From: Lytechinus pictus
Taxonomy: Eukaryota
DNA: 60,805 nt
NCBI RefSeq assembly: GCF_037042905.1
Contig: NC_087247.1
Coordinates: 4,653,196 to 4,714,000 of the forward strand
Direction of reading: 5' to 3'
The notes under the pieces were generated by a model. That model was not told where the DNA came from. It did not search any database and saw only the letters and a program-made list of their open reading frames with translations. Positions 50,286-60,805 of this stretch are shown here, in pieces (within the stretch, counting starts at the first letter, position 1; each line of letters opens with the position of its first letter). The translations under genes and the position numbers were made by a program.

Positions 50286-53200
50286 GTTAAAATGAAAGAG
50301 GAAATGTCACATAAAAATTAAAAGAAAATGTTCAATAACTACGAAGATGGTTGAAGTGGAAGTATCTCTTTTAACCAACAATTAATGGAGGATATTCGGC
50401 TAGCGTTTCTCTTTAACAAAATCTTTCCTTGCAGTGCTTGCACCAAATAAATTTTGACAATCTGCAATATTTATCTGTTAAAAAAGGTTGACTGCTCCTC
50501 ATTTTGATCTACAAGTTAAGCTACTAGGACAACAATTTCTATGTGGGAGGCCAGTGCCAAGGGCAATCCTTTGCAAGTATTATTGTTATCATGGTCATTG
50601 ACCATTAGTAGATTGTAAATATTGTAGTGTGTAGAACCAATTTGGATAATGCATATATCGTGACCTCCATTTGCATGCAAGGATGAACAAAATGAATCAA
50701 GGCAGAAGCATAACTTATCCAGAGAAAAGAATTGTTTTTATCAATATGATATATATTATTGATTGGATAAAGTTGTGTGTGTGTAATGGGGGGGGGGGGG
50801 GGTGGGTTGGGAATTGGGGAAGAAGGCGAGGACTTCAAAATCTCTATCAAAAGGAAAAGAAAATCAAAACTTATGAAGAATAAAAGTTGGTGGTCTCTAT
50901 GAGAATGCCCAAGAGAAAGATTAGAAAATGAGAGATAGTGAGAGGAAAGGGAGAGATAGGGGGGGGGGGGCAGAAAGAGATAGAGCCACAGAGAGAGTGA
51001 GAAGGGGGGGGGGAGTGGGATAGAATGAGAGGGAGAGACAGAAAGAAGCAGAGACCGAAAGAGAGAAAGGGAGGGGAAGAGAAATACTACCATCATCGGT
51101 GCATGACAATAGAAGAGGTGGCATTCTGAAGTGAATTTGACAAAGGAATCATACTTTTTGGAAGTATGCCGATCTTTGGCCCAATTTTGGCTCCGGAAGA
51201 TTGGGAGCGTATCGGATCTATTCTCTCCCCCTGATTAATGTGTGAAAATAAAATACATGTGTGGTGGCAATATGGCTATAAACCTCATTATGGAATTACG
51301 TCTCTCATTCAATCACAGTATAGATCACGTGCAATCGATCGGCAAAGCTATTCAGAAGTTTAGAGGATTGCAGATTGTGGGCAAGAGCCGAGGTGGATAA
51401 TGGAGCGACTTGATATCATCATGTGTATACCATTACATATCACAGGTTTCATCACCGATTATGAGGCACTAGCTTTCATTCAACAACAACAACAAAAATA
51501 ATTCTAATGGTATTTCTGAGTGAAATTGAACAATCATTCCACAAAAAATGGAGCTTGGGATTGCAAGCACTCAAACTACTATGTGCCTTGGCGCGAAGCG
51601 TAATCTTTCATTCTATTATATATCGATAAAAATATATTTATGTAATCCAAATCTGTATTTTCACCAATCTAGGGCATGACAGAAATACATTCCAAGAAGT
51701 CAATTCATTATGTAAGACTGATTAAAAATGAGAGCATTGATGAGTTCTTATTCCTGTTCTGATGCAATTAATATCCCTTTTAAGGATGAGTTTAAAGTGT
51801 TGTGCACTTGACAAAGCCTGAACTGCTCTGAGCAAGTAAATAATTGAAAGTAGTGATAGTGTTTTGTATGTCGTCTACAACTGATTTAACAGGGGGAATA
51901 AAATTTAATATTTAAAATATGCAGCTTAGCATGCTGACTCCCCTTGTTCTTCAAAGTATTAATTGTCCCATGGAGTACATGCATGTGTTTCCAAGAGTTA
52001 AGATGGGGTCAATGGAATCTGACAATATCATTTAAAGTCGACATCTTTGTCGATTGTAAATAATATTTTAGAAAGACCAAGAAAGTTGATTTCTGTTATC
52101 TTTTAAACATGTCAGTACAAAGATAAACACTAATCACATGTTCACATAAAAAAGGATTAAACATATATATTTTTTACTTTTATCAAGCATTTATTCCACT
52201 GACAAGATTGCATGATCAATTCATAGAATATATTCACAGCATTCATAATCAATTTGTTTGTGTGTGTGTGTGAAGACAATATGTACATACACAAAAACCA
52301 AATATAAACAACCTGTCAAGCACAAGTTAACGTAGAATAGCGAGAGTAGTTAACATATTCACAAACAGCAAATCCTACACCTGATTTAAAATCATTAATA
52401 AAAAAAAATGAAATAACAAAATCTGAGCTGTTATCAAGAGAGCTATGTACACGCCTGCTACATATACTACACATCAGGAGAGAGAGAAAATATATAAATA
52501 TTTTGGAGACTTTAAAAATCCATCATAAAAATTTCATGCCAGATCTTTTTCCACCCTCAATTTCAAAATTTTGCCTCAAAAAGTTATTTCAGCTGCACAG
52601 ATATCTCATCAATTTACTTTGTACTCGATATAATTTCAATGTGCATGTCAAAATGTAAATCGAAACAATGTCAGTAACATAATTCAAAAGGTAAAAGAAA
52701 GGGAGTGGTAGAAAAAAAATTCTTGGGGTTTCAGCATTTACGCTTGACCATACCGTATAATTTCTATGTCCCAATCTGGACATCTAAACTGGGTTCTTAG
52801 AAATATCTATTCTGGCTTATAGATATCGGGAGCTTTATAAAACCAGATTTTTCAGATGAACATTTAAATTTTGGGACTTCAAATGCAATGGGACTGTTTG
52901 AGTTGATGCTTAACATCTTGATAATTAGCTACGCAGACATGTTTTGTTTCACCTAGTTTCATTCAGCTATGAATTTATACTATTACGAATAATAATAATA
53001 ATAAAAACATCATGGAATTTACATATTCCATGTTAAAACAATATCAATCTTAGACATAATGGACAGGGTTAAAAAAGAAAATATGGGAAACATGATTAAA
53101 TTGATCATAAAAGTGCATATTAATTGCACTGCTATGTCAGAGAGACAGCAGGTAGGTATACTTGTTGACATTGAACTCCCAAAACCCAAAACAGATAAAT

Positions 53201-55839
53201 ATAAATCCTGACATAAGAAAAACATTTAATTAAGCAAACGTTTCATTACAATATCTGATTAAAAAAAAAAATCAGTCCCTGTATTATTCAAAATGATGTG
53301 AGCCCTACTAAATCAAATACAAAGTGAGTCATTATCATTCAAGTACATCTTTATTATTTAAATTGATGTTGGATGGCTAAACTTGGCATTTAATCCCCCC
53401 CCCAAAAAAAATACTATATGGTTTTCTTCCATGACATTTAAACTATTCATCCTAATTCAGATACACCCATATAATGAAATGTAGTATAATACACTTTAGA
53501 TTTAGTGTTATTGTAGTGGCATTGTAATTTATAGGTGCTAAGCTAAGTTCAAAACTTTATCAAATGGGTCACTGTCCTTTCAGTAAGAATTGATACTTAT
53601 TACTCAGAGTCCCTCTGAGAGGACCCACAGCCATTAGGCCCTGGGTTTCTTACTCATATTGCATTGATAGTACTTGTGTAATTGCAATTTGTTTACATAT
53701 GATAGAAATAGAGGTGGCTTTTTACAAATGATGTTACTATACATCTATTGAGCCTGTTATTGATAATGCAAAGAGCCCAGGATTTGTGCAAAAATTATTG
53801 TATTTTTTTTTTTTTAATAGAAGTACAAGATCAGATTATGAATAGTTTGATTTGCCTGAAAACACGGCTCTTTACTGATACCTATTAGAAATGAGCAGAG
53901 TCCTGTTTCACAAAACATTTTCAGCAATAAAAAGTGCTGTAAATCTGTGATTTATTTTCTCTTGGCTAATCAAATTGCAGGATTACAGCTTTATAAAAGT
54001 AGCTTTACGTCACAGCGCCAAATAGATAACCCACAAAAGAAAAATAGTGCACAGCTTGATATAAATTACAATAAAAAACGACAAAATTTATCACTTGTAC
54101 CCGCAACACAGTGAGCTAAAGGTGTTCATAATTTAACACCCTGGCTTTTGCCTAGTCGCCATCCATAGGGTAGTGGGTATGAGTATCGGTAGCTTCAGCT
54201 AACTTGGCAAAAACTGACCAAAGCGGTCTTATATAATCTAAATTCCACGAAAACATCCATGCAAGACATTATTTGATATTTCACTCACATAAACTTGGCC
54301 CGTAACACATATGTTAGCGATCATCGATGTACGAGCATTTTGCTCAAAAGACTGACTTGGAACCAATCAGATCAACATTTACAGCGTATTCAGCACTGAT
54401 CCTTTCTGTGACAATCTTCCCACACTGAATAGGCACACAGATCTCACATATTTGCAAGAATGGAAATCGCATTGGTTCTTCATATCGGCGGCTTTGTACG
54501 AGACCCATGTATATATGAGAGAGGATGGTTGTATTTCACATATTTTAGCCATTTTGAACCAAGTTTTGCTCAAACAAATGTTACTTGTGTTTGCAATTCA
54601 TGATCCAACATCCACATACATGTATGTAATAAGTTTCATTCCAGCTGATGAACTACCCGGGGTAGTTATATATCCCCAGTCATCATGCTTAAAAGGTAAA
54701 TTATAGCATAATCTAATGCCAGCATCTAAATTCAAGCTTAAACATGAAAAGTGACATCCCAGTCTCTAATAACATCCCTTATACATGTAGATGCTATAAG
54801 ATAGCCATCAAAGGTTTGATTAATTTAAACAATGGCAAAGAGTATGTACACACACAAACAAATAACCGATTTAATTCCAGACTTTGGTGAGATGAAAGAG
54901 ATATGAAACCGTATAAAAAAGACATACAAACATTTTTTTTACAGCCCTTGAACCATATTAATTGTATAAACCAAGCTTTGACAATTCAACATGCATTCCC
55001 TGATTCGTTCATCTTTAAATAAAAAGGATTTCAAAATGTAGTTGTGTTTTCACCATCACCAACCAAAAGGCATCCAAAGTATTGCTTTGCATAATTTCTG
55101 CATGTAGGGTGTGATTTGGGGGCTTATAAGTGAGCATATTCTTTTACAGCAAATCAAGAATTCCATTCAGATTTGCTGAAGAATAAAAGTTCCGTTTGGC
55201 GTGGAGAGACTGCCGACACCAATAGTATTTTCAATGGTTAGAACTTACCATAGAAAAAAAAAGCTTTATTCAGTGAATCATTTCTCAAATAATTTTCTAT
55301 CTTTAAATTTATATCTTTAACATCATTTTCCGTTCAAATATTCATACATTTCCTATTTAGAGAAGTGAGAGAACCACATGATAGGAATTCAAATATTAAT
55401 ATTTAAAAAGTTTTGATCTCATCATTGATCACTCGGCAATACATGTTCTATGTGGTTTTGTTTTAGATCAATGTGAAAATGAATTATATAACATATGCAA
55501 CTGGGAATGCAAGTGCAGTGTTTGTGAAAAACCCCCTTCAACTTGGTTTAAATAAATTTTATGTATTACACATTTGGTCTCACTTCACATGTTCTAATCT
55601 CCTTTCATGTACAACCACTTTATCTTGTAAAAAATTTGTCAAATTACCCCATTTACCTTTTTTTTAGAGTTACACAAATTTGGCCTTCTACTCACTTGGT
55701 CCACAAAGGGCATTTAATGTTTTGTGTACGATTCACCTGGTTGAACACCAACTAGTCTATCTCATTAGGTAACTCAATAATGGACACAAATTATATATAC
55801 TGGTGATGATTTTTTTTTTCTACCAGATTGCTAAGAAAG

Positions 55840-56003
55840 CATGCTTGTAAGTAAGAAACCAGAAGACCTATGGCTTGGAGTCTTCTCTGAGGGACCTAGC
55901 AATGAGGATTATTGCCTCACCAAAGGGCTCTATCGCATCGAGTGGGAATCAAACCCGAGTCATCTGAATCAGTATCTACTGCTCTATCGACTGGGCTATC
56001 ATG
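55840..56003 (-). mobile_element. tRNA-derived SINE copy
   Basis: The reverse complement aligns by eye with 23883-24050 (atagcccagtcgatagagcag...gggtttgattccc...cagagaagac). Confidence 0.7.
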
Positions 56004-57508
56004 TAAAATAGGGAGAAAAATTAATGACAGTGTCAGTTATGCCATTATATCATCAGATGAATTGAGAAGGATTCCGAGTGACGAAGGGATGAACGATAAT
56101 AATACCAAATTGATAATGGGGATAGGGTTTATCCATGTAGTGTTCAAGATGACCTAAGAATTAGACAAAACTGGTAAGAGAATAAATGCCTATAAACCAT
56201 GCCAAACATACAGTACAATTAATTTGCTTGTCCACTATTAAGTTAAAGCTGAAATTAGCCATTATCAATATCTAAAATTTAATTTCATTATGTTCAAAAT
56301 TTCATTGAATTTAATAATGAAGTATTCCACAAATGTAATCTTATCAAGGTATTCTAAAACAAGTTCATGAAAATTACAAAACAAATATACACATTTATCA
56401 AATACTTGGCCTAACTTAAAAGATATATCAAGTGCTGGACAAAAGACCTTCCCCTGGTATATAACAAATATCTTCTAATAAATAACAAAGAAATACCCAC
56501 CTAGATAAAGCTTTGTGTTGATGAATCTATTTGGTGTATGTCTAATATATGAATAATGTGACAGATGATGTAGCTTATCTTTCATGCATTACATGCTAGT
56601 GAATGTGATTAAAAGACATACCTACGAACAAAGAATGGGACGCTTGCAAGGAACATTTGACACCAGACCCCAAATTACAAGGAATGTTAATAGATAATGT
56701 AATTTCATCATAGACAATCCATGAATTCCATGCACTAAAAATTCATCAATCGTCAAGTGATAATTGAAAATGACGCATTACAGATAGTATGTTCAACGGT
56801 GATGACGAATGAACGATATTTTACCTTCGAATGTGTGCATCAGAACAGACTGAACATGCAATCTGTTTAAATACCACTGTTTGGACATTGTATAGCAATT
56901 ATAGATTTCTGAAGTACAACCCCCCGCCCAAAAAAAAATCAACAAACAAACCGAAACACAGGTTGAGACTTCAAGTAAAGTAAATAGATATTAACTTTGA
57001 AAACAATTGTGTTTTTTGTTAGAGTCGGTATAGTCACATGATTCTGTGTGATGTGATAGCATCACAGAGGTACTAGTTTCTCATTTAAATGCAAAGTAAA
57101 TATCAATCGAAATGAAAGAGAAATATTGACAAGAATATTACTGTATTCTAATAGAAATGTACATAATGCACTTCAATAGGTAAAGAATTACCCTCAGATT
57201 CTCCACGAGATACCATGAACATAAAAATAAAATAAAAACAGAAAGAATGTATAAATCACAAACTAGTGAACTTTCAAAAGCTCTGTGCAGTGCCAGCATT
57301 TGTTGATCTGGCAAAAGTCTTGGTATTTGTTTGATGATTACAAGTTCTGACTACTCAAGATGCAGAATCCTGTGAATCTATGGTATCTTCAAAAGATGCA
57401 TTTGTCTGCTTGCATTTGACGTCGATTCTGCTCCTTGCCACTTTGTTCAAGAACGAGTCCATATTTGGTCCTCCGGGTAAAGTTACCCTTGCACTACCCT
57501 TCTTAAGG

Positions 57509-60500
57509 TCAACCGTTTAACGATGACGGAGACGCAGACATCGTAATCTGTGCAGAGTTATAGTCGGCTGTTTCCATCCGCAATATATACGGGATGATGC
57601 TGTCTATCTGAACGTTTCCGATCAAACCGGCAAAGAACAATTCTTCCATGATTGCAGGACTGAGGAGCCTCAGGGTGGGCAAGCGGAGCAGCAGTTTGGA
57701 GAAGCGGTTGAGTTTAGAGGGGTAGGTGTGCGCCTCGTAGTCATGAAGCTCTGCTATGGCCATCTCTTGGAATTTCTCAATCTGCCGTACATTGCTCAAA
57801 CCAGGATGATCTGTTTGGGGAGAGCAAGGTATCCATTTAAATCACACCCCTCAGTACAATGAAATTTCTACAGCTAGCCTTTAAAAATTTTCATTTCCAC
57901 ATGACATCTGATGTGGGAGCAGGAAGTAAGAAAAGTGACTTGTGATGATATTGAGGAAATTGCATAACTAGAGAACAATACACAGAATTCTTTCAGTTTC
58001 TTTTTATTTGACAGAGAAACAAGAAGAATGCAAAATGACTAAACCAGTGATCAGTTATCAGCGGAGATCATCTGATTATTAGGGTGACATTTACTTATTA
58101 TGATCAAAGTCATAGTGTTCAGTTTCAAAATTTTGACTTTCATTGCAGATCATCTCCAGGAACTGAAGCATATTGTTATATGTACAGCCAGTCATAGATG
58201 TTCATGTTCCCTCTCTCTGATTACACCCTACCTAAATCATACACCACGATATCAGTCTCACATTTCAACCTTTATTTCTGATCACATTCAGGAACTCAAG
58301 TAATCTGATAGGTATACGCATACTATGCAGGTATACTAATCATAGTAATTCTTATAGAATAAAATAAGACAGCTAGTCTTCGTCAATTGGAGGTGCACAC
58401 CACCATTAGTTGTATTGGTGTATAAGTTGTGACATTTTTTTCCCCTTCCAAGTATAAACTATAAACAGAACACAGTGCGCTTTGAAACACCCGTAGTAAG
58501 CGCCTCATATATGTTATGTATTATTATTAGTCCTAGATTTCATTTTTCCTCTTCCTCAACACATCCTATTTCAACCAGTACACAAGTCGATGCTAAACTT
58601 TATAAAGAGCTCTTAACACTCGAGATCTTACTACTAATTGCTAATTCAAGATCATCTAATCTTAATCCTAATGTAAAACAAGCTGAAAATAAAATTACCT
58701 GGACTGAAAAGTACAATGGTCTTGAGGTACGCAAATTCATTATTATCCACGTCTAATTTTGACGTCGTCGTTACAAACTCTTGAAGCTTCCAGATATGTT
58801 CCATCACTGCCTTCACTCTGTCAGCTGAAAGTTTATCTGAAATATAACAAAGGATAAAAACCTTTTTTTTCAAAAGTTTGCAGATGCACCTCCTTCCTCC
58901 TAAAAAAAAAACTGAGGGCGTGATCATAATAGTTATGTAACTACCCCAAATCAACAGGTTGATTAGATTGACTATTAACAGATTTTGAAATCATCAAATC
59001 GATTCAATTTTGCCACTCGCTACCAAGGTGTAGTAACACAATGGGTAGGAAGAAATTCCTTGAATGCTTGCACATGTAGCCAACCCAGCTGAAGCTGGGG
59101 TAAGATTGACATTATCATGTTAGGCCGGGGCCTGCTGGGTAAAACAGTTTTCAGAACTAAAGTGTCTACCCTGGTTAAATATGACATTATTACCAGTATT
59201 ATTATTTATGATATGTACACATGCACATTACCTTGTTGTAAACTTGTTTGTAAATGGTTTACGATTGCTGTGAGAATGGTAGATAGTGCCATTGCTTGGG
59301 AACACTGGGCTAATCCTAACGTGAACAGCTCACTCCAACATTTCTGCACCATTGATGTGTGTGTGTCAGCACTGTGGACAGATGTAAACAACATTAACCG
59401 CTAAGTCTTTATGTGAACAATTTCCTCAAACAAAAATGGTGTGTATCAGCACTATGAACAGAAATGAATAACATAAATTCAAATAAATAATAGGCATTTA
59501 TGTACTGCCATCTATCTAGATATAATCTATTCTAAGGCCCTCTATTATGATAGAATACACTTTTTGCATATCAGCGCTTTTGATACCATATTTTGGTAGA
59601 ACATGATGAAAAACCCCCACAACCCAAATTTGGTGGAAATCGGTCCATGGGTGGCCTTAGATATGACCTCATGAATACATAATTAGCCCCAATGAAGTTA
59701 ATGTATTATTGGCCTGGTTCCTAACATTTAGAACCAGGCTAATAATACACTGACTGCAATGGGGCTAATTATGTATTCATAAGGTCATATCTAAGGCCCC
59801 ACTGGACCGATTCCCACTAAATGTTGGTAGTGGGGGGTTTTCATCATGCTCTACCAAAATATGGTATCAAAAATGCTGAAATGCTAAAAAAGCTTTTTGT
59901 GACATCATCACTTCGGTACTCTATTATCCCAGCTTCTAGTCTTTATGTGAATGTTTCACTCACACATAGAGGTATGTACCTAGCTCAGCACCTAATCATA
60001 GCTTAATCAAAACTTCTGAATTTTAACTGTGAACGCTCACTTTGATATTACTGCTCTTTGTGCATTTACTTCAATTTCAAGAATTTCTTAAGGTAGATAA
60101 CAGATATATTATATATGAGATCATCATTTCATTTGATCTATTTATTTTATCACAGTTTACTTAAGAAATGTTGAGTCAGTATAAACAAATGAATTGATAA
60201 AGAAACAAAATAAAAGAATCAATGAAAGCAAATGCAACAATTTCAGGAGTCTCTTATAGCAGATAAGCTAGGACTATGTAAAAGCAGCCTGTTATCAACT
60301 TCTAGCTCATTTTTACTCTCCCACTCTCCCTTTTCTGGTATTCAATATTTTTGCCTTAAATAAGTAAAATTCTAGTATGATATACGATATTCATAGAGCA
60401 TTGGTACCCAAACCCATTCCCAAAGGTGTATTTGAAACTGTGGTTTGAAAACAGTGGTCTCATTAATCATGCTGCAACCTTAGTAAATTTGTTGACATTA

Positions 60501-60732
60501 TTTTCCATCTATAGCATACCTGAGAACCTGAAAGGCCGGTAAACTCCTAGCCCAGTGCATGGAGAGGAAGAGTAGTCTTGATGCAGACTCACAGATGTAA
60601 TGAACATTGAGGAATTGGGGCATTGGGGTGGGTGTGGTCAGTTTGAACTGCATGTGATGTTCCGAGAGCATGGGCGAATCAAGTTTCACCAGTTCTACAT
60701 CGGATGAGCCTCCATTTGCTGATTGGTCGATA
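57509..60732 (-). CDS. NR2C: Nuclear receptor NR2C (TR2/TR4; sea urchin SHR2-like), last four coding exons (ligand-binding domain); 5' part lies outside the window
   Basis: Exons 60732-60520, 59371-59232, 58836-58699, 57810-57509, phase-consistent. LNVHYICESASRLLFLSMHWARSLPAF, CWSELFTLGLAQC, EFAYLKTIVLFSPDHPG, RFSKLLLRLPTLR, EELFFAGLIGNVQIDSIIPYILRME. Confidence 0.95.
59550..59922. mobile_element. Fold-back (nearly fully palindromic) MITE in an NR2C intron
   Basis: ~170 bp arms: tttttgataccatattttggtaga...gcctggttc / gaaccaggc...tctaccaaaatatggtatcaaaaa. Confidence 0.8.
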
Positions 60733-60805
60733 CTGTGAAAAAAAAAACACAGAGTGTGATTTCAATTTTTTTCTATGCATTCAGTTCAATGATAATAATA
60801 ATGGA

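Noticed and set aside
50605-51124. Hydrophobic/proline-rich ORFs
   Set aside because: Translations of GA-rich and G-run low-complexity DNA.

Overview
AT-rich, intron-rich animal genomic DNA. It is most likely an echinoderm (sea urchin), inferred from the Pmar1/Phb-type homeobox motif, the TR2/4-type nuclear receptor and the repeat landscape. I reconstructed five spliced protein-coding genes by hand, with GT-AG boundaries and consistent phases. (1) A PRD-class Q50 homeobox repressor of the Pmar1/Phb family (+, 6889-9047). (2) The mitochondrial metalloprotease ATP23 (+, 11840-17378). (3) A NEMO/optineurin-family adaptor with UBAN domain and C-terminal zinc finger (-, 38239-25720). (4) A complete insect-type gustatory-receptor-like 7TM ion channel (-, 50285-45794), whose three small 3' exons are absent from the ORF track. 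(5) The 3' (ligand-binding domain) exons of an NR2C/TR2-TR4 nuclear receptor running off the right edge (-). Introns and intergenic DNA are packed with non-autonomous DNA transposons, tRNA-derived SINEs and LINE remnants. Four observations stand out. The receptor's pore motif reads TYFTLLIDL instead of TYhhhhhQF. Two unrelated mini-transposons are stacked at one site between three copies of a 9-10 bp target. The putative NF-kB-driven promoter of the NEMO/OPTN gene is enclosed in a large inverted repeat with nested insertions. Two Tcf+Otx+Su(H) motif clusters lie upstream of the homeobox gene. Nothing was checked against databases.
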